From Candidatus Geohabitans tengchongensis (GTDB taxonomy: Bacteria; Sysuimicrobiota; Sysuimicrobiia; Sysuimicrobiales; Humicultoraceae), in the NCBI GenBank assembly GCA_031459625.1, contig JAVKIH010000011.1, forward strand, positions 6,817 through 70,816: a DNA stretch of 64,000 nt, in the 5' to 3' direction. Positions 47,824 to 57,140 of the stretch are shown piece after piece. The notes beneath the pieces were generated by a model. That model searched no databases. It saw nothing but the letters and a program-made list of their open reading frames with translations, and had not been told where the DNA came from. Within the stretch, counting starts at the first letter, position 1; the number at the start of each line of letters is the position of its first letter. Position numbers and translations under genes: made by a program.

Positions 47824-49482
47824 GTGACCATTGCAGACCTCATGAGCACCCCGCGGCTGCTGCGCAGCCTGGGCGAGTTCTTCGCCACTCCCCTGACCCC
47901 GGCGCGGGCGGCGGCTCTCGTCCGTCAGCGCCTGGAGCAGCGCGAGGAGCGCTTCCTGGCCCACGTGGACCGGGTCATCTTCGGTGTGCCCCACAGTCCG
48001 TACCGCGCGCTGCTGCAGTCTGTCGGGTGCGACCGGCCGGCCCTGGCACAGGCCGTCCGCGCCCACGGTCTCGAGGGAGCGCTGGCCCAGCTGCGTGACG
48101 CCGGCGTCTACCTCTCCTACGAGGAGTTCAACGGGCGTCGCGAGGTCGTGCGCGGCGGGCGGACCTTCCGGTTCACCCGGGCCGATTTCGACAACCCCCT
48201 CCGCGACGTGGATCTGGAGGTCCGCAGCGGGGGGACCCGCAGCCGCGGCACGCCGGTGGTGGTCGCCCTCAGGACCATCGCCGAGAACCGGGCCGTGGCC
48301 TTCCAGCTGATGTTCCAGGCCGCCGGGGTGGACGCCCCGCCTGTGGTCTGGCTGCCGGGCTTCCCCTCCGGATCGGGGGTCTTCTTCTGGCTCGCCCTGG
48401 CCCACATCGGCCGACCGGCGGTCCGATGGTTCACCGTCACCGATCCGCGCGGCCCCTCCGTCGCGCCGCGCCACCGCTGGCTGATCACGCTGGCCCGCCT
48501 GGTGGCCCGCCGGCGGGGGTGGCAACTGCCCGTCCCGGAGCACGCGCCCCTGTCGGCCCCGGAGCCTGTCCTGGAGGCGGTCCTCCGTACGCGCGACCGT
48601 TTCGGCCGATGCGCCGTGATCTCCACGCCCAGCGGAGCGGTGCGGGTGGCCACGCTGGCGCGGCGCCGCGGGGAGCGGCTGGAGGGGGTGGACTTCTTCG
48701 TGGGGTCCGAGCCGCTCACAGAGGGCAAGGCGGAGGAGATTCGCCGCAGCGGCGCCCGGGTCTGGCCGCGCTATGTCTTCACCGAGGGGGGCGCGGTAGG
48801 AGTCGGGTGTGGCCGTCCTGGGAGCGTCGACGACATGCACCTGATGGCCGACAGCTTTGCGCTCATCCTCAACCGCCGGCCCATGCCGGGGATCGGGGAA
48901 CGCGATGCGTACATGTTCACCTCGCTGCTGCAGTTTGCGCCCAAGGTCATGCTGAACGTCGAGAGCGACGACTTCGGCACGGTAACGTCGCGCCGCTGCG
49001 GGTGTCCGCTGGACAGCCTCGGGCTCGACCGGCACCTGGCCCAGGTGCGCTCCTTCACCAAGCTCACCGGCGAGGGGGCGACGGTGCTGGGGACGGAAGC
49101 CGTGCGCATCGTCGAGGAGGTCCTCCCGCGGACATTCGGGGGGAGCAGTCTGGACTACCAGCTCCTCGAGACGGAGGATGAAGACCACCTCACCCGCCTC
49201 TTCCTGGTGGTCAGCCCGGAAGTCGGGGCGCTGGACGAAGAGGCGGTGCGACGCACCTTCATCGACGAGTTGTGGCGCGCCGGCGTCGGGCTCTCCGAGG
49301 TCTGGTTCCCCGGCCAGGGGGAGACGGTCCGCGTTCTGCGGCGGGAGCCCGTCCAGACGCCGGGGGGGAAACTGCTGCCGTTCTACTCGACCATCCGTCG
49401 CGACGGGGACGCCTCTGCAGCCAGCGTCTCCGCCCCCGCTGCGGGCAGCCGGTCGGCGGTGGGAAGAGGGGTGACCCGATGA
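47824..49482 (+). CDS. adenylate-forming enzyme (ANL superfamily; PaaK/CapK/F390-synthetase- or GH3-like)
   Basis: 552 aa. P-loop-like RSGGTRSRGTP (compare SSGTTGKP), YVFTEGG (compare YGxTE), C-terminal PGGKLLPF (catalytic Lys motif). The family call is tentative. Confidence 0.55.
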   Translation: MTIADLMSTPRLLRSLGEFFATPLTPARAAALVRQRLEQREERFLAHVDRVIFGVPHSPYRALLQSVGCDRPALAQAVRAHGLEGALAQLRDAGVYLSYEEFNGRREVVRGGRTFRFTRADFDNPLRDVDLEVRSGGTRSRGTPVVVALRTIAENRAVAFQLMFQAAGVDAPPVVWLPGFPSGSGVFFWLALAHIGRPAVRWFTVTDPRGPSVAPRHRWLITLARLVARRRGWQLPVPEHAPLSAPEPVLEAVLRTRDRFGRCAVISTPSGAVRVATLARRRGERLEGVDFFVGSEPLTEGKAEEIRRSGARVWPRYVFTEGGAVGVGCGRPGSVDDMHLMADSFALILNRRPMPGIGERDAYMFTSLLQFAPKVMLNVESDDFGTVTSRRCGCPLDSLGLDRHLAQVRSFTKLTGEGATVLGTEAVRIVEEVLPRTFGGSSLDYQLLETEDEDHLTRLFLVVSPEVGALDEEAVRRTFIDELWRAGVGLSEVWFPGQGETVRVLRREPVQTPGGKLLPFYSTIRRDGDASAASVSAPAAGSRSAVGRGVTR

Positions 49483-49922
49483 CCGGTCTGAGCCTGGCTC
49501 AGGCCTTGGCTGCCGTGGAGGCCGCGCGGGCGGAAGCGGTGCGGCTCGGGGTGGCCCTGGGGATCGCCGTGGTCGACGCGGCGGGCCATCCCGTCGTCGT
49601 CGTCCGCATGGACGGGGCCATCTTCCTGGCCCCCGAGCTGGCCCTGAAGAAGGCCTTCACCGCGGCCGCCTTCCGCCGCCCCACCAGCGCCATCGCGCCG
49701 CGCCTGACCACCAGTGACTTCTGGATGCAGGCCCCCGCCGTGGCGCAGGGGCGCATCCTGGCCAGCGGCGGGGGTGTGCCGCTCCTCGTCGACGGGACCC
49801 TCGTCGGGGCGGTGGGGACGAGCGGGGGCACCAGTGAGCAGGACGACCTCTGCGCGCAGGCGGCCGCCGCCGCGGTGGCCGGGGGGGACGGGCGAGCGGC
49901 GGCCGGGGGGGACGGGCGATGA
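49479..49922 (+). CDS. GlcG/HbpS-like (DUF336) haem-binding-fold protein
   Basis: AIAVVDAAGHPVVVVRMDGA, ALKKAFTAAAF, GGVPL..DGTLVGAVGTSGGTSEQDD. The C-terminus carries the direct repeat AGGDGRAA-AGGDGR. Confidence 0.8.
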   Translation: MTGLSLAQALAAVEAARAEAVRLGVALGIAVVDAAGHPVVVVRMDGAIFLAPELALKKAFTAAAFRRPTSAIAPRLTTSDFWMQAPAVAQGRILASGGGVPLLVDGTLVGAVGTSGGTSEQDDLCAQAAAAAVAGGDGRAAAGGDGR

Positions 49923-51148
49923 GCACCGACCGACCGGAGCGCCCACCGGCGGCGGGGCCGCTCGCCGGGGTGCGCGTCGTGGAGCTCGGCCACATGATCG
50001 CCGGGCCCTTCGCCACCCTGCTGCTGAGCTACTTCGGCGCCGAGGTCATCAAGGTGGAGTCCCGGCACCGCATGGACGGCTTTCGGCGGCGCGAGGCGGC
50101 GACGAACTACCTGACCCGGGCCTTCGGCGACTTCAACCGCAACAAGCGCTCCCTCACCCTGAACCTGCAGCAGCCGCGGGGGCGCGAGCTGCTGGGGCGG
50201 CTGTTGGCCCGCAGCGACGCGCTCCTGGAGAACTTCAGCGCCCGCGTCCTGCCCCAGTGGGGGCTCGACTGGCCGACGCTGCACCGCCGCTACCCGCGGC
50301 TCGTCGTCGTGCGCATGCAGGGGCTCGGAGCCACGGGCCCGCACCGCGACTTCGTCACCTTCGGCCCGTCCATCCTGGCGCTCACCGGCTTCACCTACCT
50401 GTGGAACGCGCCGGGCGCCGACGAGGTGGTCGGCTCCCAGACCGCCCACGCCGACTACATCGCCGGCGTCCACGCTGCGGTGGCGGTCATGGCGGGCCTG
50501 CACCACCGCGCCCGCACCGGCGAGGGCCTCTACGTCGACGTCTCCCAGGCCGAGGCCACGGCCGCCCTGCTCGGCCCGGCGTACCTGGAATGGCTGCTGC
50601 TGGGCCGCGAGGCCCGACCGGTAGGCAACACCCGCCGGGAGTACGCCCCGGGCGGGTGCTACCGCTGCGCCGGCGAGGACGAGTGGTGCGTCATCACCGT
50701 CCGCACCGAGGCGGAGTGGGAGGCGCTGGTGCGGGCCACCGGGTGCACCGAATGGGCGCTCGATCCGCGCTTCCGCGACCGCACCCAGCGCACGCTCCAC
50801 CGCCAGGCCCTCGACGCCGCGCTGGAGACCTGGACGCGCCGGCGCCCGGCCGCCGAGGTCGTCCGGTTGCTGCGGGCCGCGGGCGTGCCGGCAGGGCAGG
50901 TCAAGAAGGGCAGCGACCTGCTGGCCGACCCGCACCTGCGGGCGCGCGGCTTCATCCACCACGTCGACCACCCCGCCTTCCGGCCGATCAGCTACCCGGG
51001 GGCTCCCGTGCGCCTGGTCGGCCACGAAGCCGCGACGCGCCGTCCGGCACCGACGCTGGGCCAGGACACCGAGGCGGTGCTGCGCGAGGTCCTGGAGTTG
51101 AACGCCGAGGAGATCGAGCGCTACCGGGCCGAGGAGGTGCTGGTGTGA
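49919..51148 (+). CDS. family III CoA-transferase (CaiB/BaiF/Frc family)
   Basis: PLAGVRVVELGHMIAGPFATLLLSYFGAEVIKVE and the NRNKRSLTLNL motif. ATGA overlap with the GlcG gene. Confidence 0.9.
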   Translation: MSTDRPERPPAAGPLAGVRVVELGHMIAGPFATLLLSYFGAEVIKVESRHRMDGFRRREAATNYLTRAFGDFNRNKRSLTLNLQQPRGRELLGRLLARSDALLENFSARVLPQWGLDWPTLHRRYPRLVVVRMQGLGATGPHRDFVTFGPSILALTGFTYLWNAPGADEVVGSQTAHADYIAGVHAAVAVMAGLHHRARTGEGLYVDVSQAEATAALLGPAYLEWLLLGREARPVGNTRREYAPGGCYRCAGEDEWCVITVRTEAEWEALVRATGCTEWALDPRFRDRTQRTLHRQALDAALETWTRRRPAAEVVRLLRAAGVPAGQVKKGSDLLADPHLRARGFIHHVDHPAFRPISYPGAPVRLVGHEAATRRPAPTLGQDTEAVLREVLELNAEEIERYRAEEVLV

Positions 51149-51176
51149 GCGTGCGGGGCGTCGGGGAGGGACCGGG

Positions 51177-52391
51177 ATGAGTGTGCGGCGGCCGGAGACC
51201 GCGGCCCTCCCCGAGGCGGTCCCACGCCTGCCGCTACCGCAGCCGCTCCGCGGGGTGCGGGTGCTGGAGGTGGCGGACCGGCGCGTGGCCTATGCCGGAC
51301 GCCTGCTGGCCGGGCTGGGAGCCGAGGTGATCCTCATCGAACCGCCGGAGCGGCGCCGCGACGCGCCCACGCCCGCGGACCTCTACTTCCGGACCGGGAA
51401 GAAGGCGGTCACGCTGGACCTCGCCGTCGCCGCCGGGCGCCACACCCTGTTCCGCCTGGCCGCGTATGCCGACGTCCTGCTGGTGGCCGGCCCGCCGGGG
51501 GAGCGGCGGCGGCTGGGGCTGACCTTCGAGGACCTCCACCCGGCGTTTCCCCGCCTGGTGGTGGGGAGCATCGCCGACTTCGGCCTGAGCGGCCCGGACG
51601 CCGACCGCCCGGCCAACGAGCTCGTGGCCTTCGCCGAGAGCGGGCTGATGTACATCAGTGGCAGGCCGGGCGAGCCGCCGGTGGCCGCCCCGCCCCACCA
51701 CGCCGCCGACCTGGCCGGCGCCTACCTGGCCTTCGGAGTGCTGGTGGCCCTGTGGGAGCGCGCGCACACGCGGCGCGGCCGGGAGGTGGAGGTGTCCGTC
51801 CAGGAGGCCCTGGCCGTCGAGGAGCACACCATCTCCACTGCCTCGGACGAGGGGCGCGACCTGGTGCGCGTGGGCAGCCAGCACATGGTGGCGGTCCCGG
51901 GGTCGGTCTTCCGGGTGAAGGACGGCTACGTCCACGCCTACGTGGCCGACACCATGCCGGGGTCGTGGGAGCGGCTGCTGGAGTGGATGGGCCACCCGCC
52001 GGAGCTGGCCGACGAGCGCTACCGCCAGGGCCTCTACCGCCGCGCCCACGTCGAGGAGATCACTCCGGTGGTGGCCCGCTTCTTCGCCCGCTTCACCCGC
52101 CAGGAGCTTTACCTGGAAGGGCAGCGCCGGCGGTTGTGCATCACCCCGGTGAACACGCCGCGCGAGTACCTGGAGGACGTCCAGACCCGCGCGCGCGGGT
52201 TCGTCGTGCAGGCGCACGTACCGGGGCACGGATGGGTCGGCGTGCCGGGCGGCCCCTTCCTGCTGAACGGGCACCGCGTGCCCTTGCCCCCGGTGCCGCG
52301 CGTGGGCGAGCACAACCGTGAGGTCTACCTGGGCCTGGTGGGCTACGGCGAAGAGGAGCTGGCGGTCCTGACCCAGGGCGGCGTCATCTGA
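51177..52391 (+). CDS. family III CoA-transferase (CaiB/BaiF/Frc family), second copy
   Basis: PLRGVRVLEVADRRVAYAGRLLAGLGAEVILIE, RTGKKAVTLDL. About 400 aa, collinear with the previous gene product. Confidence 0.85.
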   Translation: MSVRRPETAALPEAVPRLPLPQPLRGVRVLEVADRRVAYAGRLLAGLGAEVILIEPPERRRDAPTPADLYFRTGKKAVTLDLAVAAGRHTLFRLAAYADVLLVAGPPGERRRLGLTFEDLHPAFPRLVVGSIADFGLSGPDADRPANELVAFAESGLMYISGRPGEPPVAAPPHHAADLAGAYLAFGVLVALWERAHTRRGREVEVSVQEALAVEEHTISTASDEGRDLVRVGSQHMVAVPGSVFRVKDGYVHAYVADTMPGSWERLLEWMGHPPELADERYRQGLYRRAHVEEITPVVARFFARFTRQELYLEGQRRRLCITPVNTPREYLEDVQTRARGFVVQAHVPGHGWVGVPGGPFLLNGHRVPLPPVPRVGEHNREVYLGLVGYGEEELAVLTQGGVI

Positions 52392-52456
52392 CCCGATCCA
52401 GCGCGGCGTCCGACCCGACCCAGCGCGGCGTCCGACCCGACCCAGCGCGCGCACGA
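52392..52456. repeat. three tandem ~22-nt units (CCCGAYCCAGCGCGGCGTCCGA) in the spacer before the acyl-CoA dehydrogenase gene
   Basis: Units at 52392-52413, 52414-52435 and 52436-52456 (the third is degenerate, 21 nt). The array starts immediately after the TGA of the CoA-transferase gene. Confidence 0.85.
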
Positions 52457-52496
52457 CCGCGACGCTGCGCGACACGAACACGCAGGAGGCACAGCC

Positions 52497-53666
52497 GTGG
52501 AGTTCACCGTCCCCGAGGAGTACCAGGCGCTGCGGCGGCGTGTCCGCGCCTTCGTGGAGCGGGAGCTGCTGCCCCTCGAGCGCACCCTGCCGGAGGCGCC
52601 CGACCTCCCCGACGACCTGCGCCGCCAGCTGCAGGAGAAGGCCAAGGCAGAAGGGCTGTGGGCGCTCGACGTGCGCCGGGAGTTCGGCGGGCAGGGACTC
52701 CCCAACCTCGGCATGGTGATGGTGTGGGAGGAACTCGGCCGCTCCACCGTGCCGCCGCTGCGGGCCCCGTCGGTGCTCACGCCCCGCATCGGCGCGCTCT
52801 ACCACTGCACCCCCGAGCAGCGCGAGCGCTTCCTCGACCCCATCGTGCGGGGGGAGAAGCGCACCGCCTTCGCGCTCACCGAACCCTGGGGCGGCTCGGA
52901 CGCCGCCGGCAACATGCGCACCCGTGCCGTGCGCGACGGGGATCACTGGGTGCTCACCGGCCGCAAGGTCTTCGTCGGTGGAGCGGACAAGGCCGACGTC
53001 GTCCAGGTCTTCGCCCTCACCGACCCGGAGAAGCGGGCGCGCGGCGGGATCACCTGCTTCCTGGTCGAGCGCGGCACCCCGGGCTTCCGCCTGGGGCGGC
53101 AGTTCCAGCTGATGGTGGCGGACAGCCCCTGGGAGCTGATCTTCGAGGAGTGCCGCGTGCCGCACGCCAACGTGCTGGGGCCGGTGGGCGAAGGCTTCCG
53201 CCTGGCGCAGCAGCACCTGACCCGTGACCGCATCTTCCACGGGGCGAAGGCGGTGGGGATGGCGGAGCGGGCCCTGGAGCTGGCCATCGACTACGCCCGC
53301 GACCGCGTCACCTTCGGGGCGCCCATTGCGGAGCGGCAGGCCGTCCAGTGGATGTTCGCCGAGTCGGCGATGGAGATCCACGCCACACGCCTCATGACCT
53401 ACCACGCCGCCTGGAAGCTCGACCAGGGCCTGGACGTCCGCCAGGAGGCCTCCATCGTCAAGGCCTTCGGGACGGAGATGCTGGGCCGCGTCACCGACCG
53501 GGCCCTGCAGGTCTTCGGGGCCATCGGGCTCTCCAAGGACCTGCCCATCGAGCGCATGTTCCGTGACGCCCGCAGCCGGCGCATTGGGGAGGGCACCTCG
53601 GAGATCCAGCGCATGGTCATCGCCCGGACGCTCTTGCGCGATCCGCGCCGGGTGCGGCTGGTGTGA
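52497..53666 (+). CDS. acyl-CoA dehydrogenase
   Basis: FALTEPWGGSD, the typical ACAD middle beta-domain, and C-terminal RIGEGTSEIQRMVIAR (catalytic Glu region). Confidence 0.9.
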   Translation: MEFTVPEEYQALRRRVRAFVERELLPLERTLPEAPDLPDDLRRQLQEKAKAEGLWALDVRREFGGQGLPNLGMVMVWEELGRSTVPPLRAPSVLTPRIGALYHCTPEQRERFLDPIVRGEKRTAFALTEPWGGSDAAGNMRTRAVRDGDHWVLTGRKVFVGGADKADVVQVFALTDPEKRARGGITCFLVERGTPGFRLGRQFQLMVADSPWELIFEECRVPHANVLGPVGEGFRLAQQHLTRDRIFHGAKAVGMAERALELAIDYARDRVTFGAPIAERQAVQWMFAESAMEIHATRLMTYHAAWKLDQGLDVRQEASIVKAFGTEMLGRVTDRALQVFGAIGLSKDLPIERMFRDARSRRIGEGTSEIQRMVIARTLLRDPRRVRLV

Positions 53667-53724
53667 CCGGAAAGCCCCATCCCCCCTGCGGGATGCACCC
53701 GACACCGTGAGGAGCGTGAGTCCC

Positions 53725-54711
53725 ATGACCCTGATCCGCCTGACCCTCCTGGCCGCCGTGCTGGTCCTCCTGGCTGGCCTCCTCGGAGGCTCCGCTCTCG
53801 CGAAGCAGTCGCGGCTGCCCGTGGGCTTCTCGGGCGTGCGGCAGCTCACCTACGCCGCCACCCTCATCGCCCTGGAGCGGATGCGCGACCGGGGCTACGA
53901 GGCCCCGCCCGTCTTCTTCCCCCGCCCCGAGCTGGCGCTGCAGGCCTTGCTGCGCGGCGAGGTGGACCTGGTGCGGGCCGAGCCCACCACCCCGGCCAAC
54001 GCGGTCGCCCGCGGGGCGCGGGTGGCCATGGTGGCCGCTCCCGGGCTGAACCAGTGGGTGCTGGTGACGCCCCGGACCATCACCGCCCCCCGCCAGCTCG
54101 ACCGCAAGCGCATCGCCGTGCACAGCCTTTCGTCCATGTCCAACACCGTGGTGCAGTTTGCCGTCCGCCGGCACCGCATCGCCGCCCCCCAGATCCTGGT
54201 CATCCCGGGCTCCCCGGCGCGGGCGCAGGCCCTGCTGCGGGGCGAGGTGGACGCCACGAGCCTCTTCCTCACCGACGCCATCCGCCTCGACCTGACCGCC
54301 CCGGGCCGCTTCCACGTCCTGCTCGACTTCAAGGACCTGCCGGTGCTGGACTCGGTGCTGGTGGCCCGCCGCGAGTGGCTGGCCGCCCGGCCGCAGGAGA
54401 TCCGGGACGTCCTGCGGGTGCTGCTGGACACCCACCGGCGCATCGCCGCCGGGCCGGAGTGGGCGGTGGTGCGGACGCTGCAGCTCTTCCCCGACGAGGA
54501 CCGCGCGTTTGCCGAGGCGACCGTGCGCGCCTTCGTCGCCCGCGGCATCTGGGACGTGAACGGGGGGATCCCTGGATACGACGTCGTGCGGGAGATGATC
54601 GCCTTCCTGAAGAGCATCGAGGCGCTGCCGCCGGGTGCCCCTGACGACCCCGAGGCGTACGCCGACCTGAGCCCGCTCCAGGATGTCCTCCGCGTCTTGG
54701 GGCGTCGGTGA
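53725..54711 (+). CDS. ABC transporter substrate-binding protein (NMT1/SsuA/TauA-like)
   Basis: Signal peptide MTLIRLTLLAAVLVLLAGLLGGSALA. Repeated ALLRGEVD motifs are typical of the NitT/TauT SBP fold. Followed by matching permease and ATPase genes. Confidence 0.7.
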   Translation: MTLIRLTLLAAVLVLLAGLLGGSALAKQSRLPVGFSGVRQLTYAATLIALERMRDRGYEAPPVFFPRPELALQALLRGEVDLVRAEPTTPANAVARGARVAMVAAPGLNQWVLVTPRTITAPRQLDRKRIAVHSLSSMSNTVVQFAVRRHRIAAPQILVIPGSPARAQALLRGEVDATSLFLTDAIRLDLTAPGRFHVLLDFKDLPVLDSVLVARREWLAARPQEIRDVLRVLLDTHRRIAAGPEWAVVRTLQLFPDEDRAFAEATVRAFVARGIWDVNGGIPGYDVVREMIAFLKSIEALPPGAPDDPEAYADLSPLQDVLRVLGRR

Positions 54712-54750
54712 GGACGTCGGGCGAGACTGAGCGGCCGTCGTGCGAGTGGA

Positions 54751-55575
54751 GTGCACGCTGAGGACATGAGCGTGTTCGTGGCTTCACGGGAGTGGGCGGC
54801 GCGGATGCGGATGCGCCTGCCGGCCGGGATACGCCCGGACCGCTACCGCCTGGCCCGGTGGGGCTCGCTGCTGCTCTGCCTGGTCGGGTGGGAGGCGCTG
54901 GGACGGCGCGCCGCCGGGACGCTGACCCTCCCGCCGGCCTCGGCGGTGCTGCAGGCCCTGGCCCGGCAACTGACGGACGCGCGGTTCTGGGCGGCGTGCG
55001 CCACGACGCTGGAGGCGCTGGCGGTGGGGCTGGTCCTGCTGGTCGCCCTCGGCATCCCGCTGGGCCTCGCCTGCGGCCGCTACCCGCTGGCGGGGCGGAT
55101 CGCCGAGCCGTACCTGGGCTTCCTGCTGGCGGTGCCGGCTTCGCCCATGGTTCCGGTCTTCGTCATCGCCTTCGGCATCGGGCTGGCCGCGCGCGTGGCC
55201 ACCATCGTCGCCTTCGCCCTGCCGCTGCTCATCCTGAACACCGCCGCCGGGGTGCGGCTGGCGCCGGTCCGGCTGGTGGAGATGGCCCGGTCCTTCGGCG
55301 CCGGGGAGGGGATGGTCTTCCGGCGGGTGATTCTGCCGGCGGCGATGCCGGCCATCGGCGCCGGGCTGCGGCTGGCCTCCGCCCGGGCGGTGGTGGGGAT
55401 GGTCGTCTCGGAGCTGATCATCATCGCGGTGGGGCTGGGGCGGCTCATCAGCACCTACAGCGCCACCTTCGACAACGCCAACCTCTTCGCCGTGGTCCTG
55501 GCCGTCCTGGGCATCGGGCTGGGCGTGGCGCGGCTGATGACGTGGGTGGAACGGAGGCTGGCCCCGTGGAGCTGA
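54751..55575 (+). CDS. ABC transporter permease (NitT/TauT family)
   Basis: Six-TM BPD_transp_1 type with EAA-like loop LVEMARSFGAGEGMVFRRVILP. The start may be ATG 54766. Confidence 0.85.
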   Translation: MHAEDMSVFVASREWAARMRMRLPAGIRPDRYRLARWGSLLLCLVGWEALGRRAAGTLTLPPASAVLQALARQLTDARFWAACATTLEALAVGLVLLVALGIPLGLACGRYPLAGRIAEPYLGFLLAVPASPMVPVFVIAFGIGLAARVATIVAFALPLLILNTAAGVRLAPVRLVEMARSFGAGEGMVFRRVILPAAMPAIGAGLRLASARAVVGMVVSELIIIAVGLGRLISTYSATFDNANLFAVVLAVLGIGLGVARLMTWVERRLAPWS

Positions 55576-56345
55576 TCGTCCCCGCCATCGAGGTGCGAGA
55601 GGTGGTGAAGGCCTTCCGCGGCCCGGAGGGCGAGCCGCTGCCGGTGCTGGAGCGCCTGAGCTTCGTCGTCCCGCCGCGGCAGTTCGTCGCCGTCATCGGC
55701 CCGAGCGGCTGCGGGAAGACGACGCTGCTGCGCGTGCTGGACGGGCTGACCCCGGCCGACGGCGGCGAGGTGCGGGTCTTCGGCCGCCGCGTCACCGGTC
55801 CGGGCCCGGATCGGGCGGTGGTCTTCCAGGACTTCGCCCTGCTGCCCTGGGCCACCGTGCTGGAGAACGTCGCCTTCCCGCTGGAGATCCGGCGCATCCC
55901 CTCGCCGGAGCGCGAGCGCCGCGCGCGCGCCGCCATCGCGCTGGTGGGGCTGGACGGTTTCGAGGGCTACTACCCCCAGGCGCTGTCGGGCGGGATGCAG
56001 CAGCGGGTGGGACTGGCCCGGGCCCTGGTGGTGGACCCGCAGGTGCTCCTGCTGGACGAGCCCTTCGGGGCGCTGGACGCGCAGACCCGGATGCTGCTGC
56101 AAGACGAGCTGCTGGCCCTGTGGCAGCGGCGCCCGACCACCGTCGTGCTCGTCACCCATGACATGGCCGAGGCGGTCTACCTGGCCGACCGGGTGCTGGT
56201 GATGAGTCCGCGCCCGGGGCGGATCATCGAGGAGGTGCCGATTCCCCTGCCGCGGCCGCGGGACCAGAGCGTGCGCCGTTCGGCGCGCTTCGCCGAGCTC
56301 GTGGAGGAGGTGTGGGCGTGCCTGCGGGGCTTCGTGCGCCTGTGA
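55566..56345 (+). CDS. ABC transporter ATP-binding protein (NitT/TauT family)
   Basis: Walker A GPSGCGKTT, signature LSGGMQQRVGLARAL, Walker B LLLDEPFGALD. GTG 55566 overlaps the permease end. Confidence 0.9.
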   Translation: MELIVPAIEVREVVKAFRGPEGEPLPVLERLSFVVPPRQFVAVIGPSGCGKTTLLRVLDGLTPADGGEVRVFGRRVTGPGPDRAVVFQDFALLPWATVLENVAFPLEIRRIPSPERERRARAAIALVGLDGFEGYYPQALSGGMQQRVGLARALVVDPQVLLLDEPFGALDAQTRMLLQDELLALWQRRPTTVVLVTHDMAEAVYLADRVLVMSPRPGRIIEEVPIPLPRPRDQSVRRSARFAELVEEVWACLRGFVRL

Positions 56346-57112
56346 GGCGCCCCTGGCCGGACCGGCAGCGTCGGGCGGCCGAACGCACCCCCTGGGTCCT
56401 GACGCTGGTCCCGCTCGCCGCGGGCTGGGAGGTGGTGGGCCGCTCGGGGCGCTTCCCCTTCGTCCCACCGCTCTCCCGGGTGGCGGACGCGGCCGTGCTG
56501 CTGGCCGCGCGCGGGGAGCTGTGGCGGCACGGCCTGCGCACCCTGGCCGCGGTGCTGGCGGGGTTCGCCCTGGCCGCCCTGGTGGGGACGGTGCTGGGCG
56601 TCCTCATGGGGCGCTCCCGCTGGGTGGACGCCGTGGCGGGCCTGTACGTCGACCTCTTCCAGGTCACCCCCGCCGCCGCCAAGGTGCCGGTGCTCATCCT
56701 CCTCTTCGGCCTGGGGCCGGAGAGCATCCTGGCCACGGTGGTGCTCTTCAGCGTCTTCGTGGTAACGGTGAACGTCCGCGCCGGCGTGCGGGCCGTGCCG
56801 CCGGGGCTGGTGGAGATGGCGCGTGCCTTCGGCGCCGGGGAGGCGGTGCTGCTGCGGCGGGTCGTCCTCCCCGCTGCGCTGCCGCTCGTCCTGACCGGGT
56901 TGCGCGCGGGGATCGGCCGGGCCGTGAACGGCGCGGTCCTCGGCGAGATGCTCATCTCCATCGTGGGGATCGGCGGGCTGCTCATGTACTACGGGGGCGC
57001 CTTCCGCATGGACGTGCTCTGTGCGTTGATCCTGGGGATCGCCCTGCTGGCCACCGCCCTCATGGGGGCGGTGCGGGCGGTGGAGCGGCGGGTCCTGCGC
57101 TGGACCCTCTGA
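56342..57112 (+). CDS. ABC transporter permease (NitT/TauT family), second subunit
   Basis: EAA-like loop LVEMARAFGAGEAVLLRRVVLP. Paralog of 54751. GTGA overlap with the ATPase gene. Confidence 0.85.
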   Translation: MRRPWPDRQRRAAERTPWVLTLVPLAAGWEVVGRSGRFPFVPPLSRVADAAVLLAARGELWRHGLRTLAAVLAGFALAALVGTVLGVLMGRSRWVDAVAGLYVDLFQVTPAAAKVPVLILLFGLGPESILATVVLFSVFVVTVNVRAGVRAVPPGLVEMARAFGAGEAVLLRRVVLPAALPLVLTGLRAGIGRAVNGAVLGEMLISIVGIGGLLMYYGGAFRMDVLCALILGIALLATALMGAVRAVERRVLRWTL

Positions 57113-57140
57113 GCGGCGCCCCGTCGAGGAGGCAGACCTG

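Noticed and set aside
51234-53849. 871-aa minus-strand ORF. Similar long minus-strand ORFs are 57060..59432 (790 aa), 1961..3838, 24467..26485, 34008..35810 and 43938..45398.
   Set aside because: All lie antisense to + strand genes with clear family motifs. Their translations are Arg/Pro/Gly/Ala/His-rich low complexity with no recognisable domains. This is the expected shadow-ORF artefact of very GC-rich DNA, where stop codons are rare.
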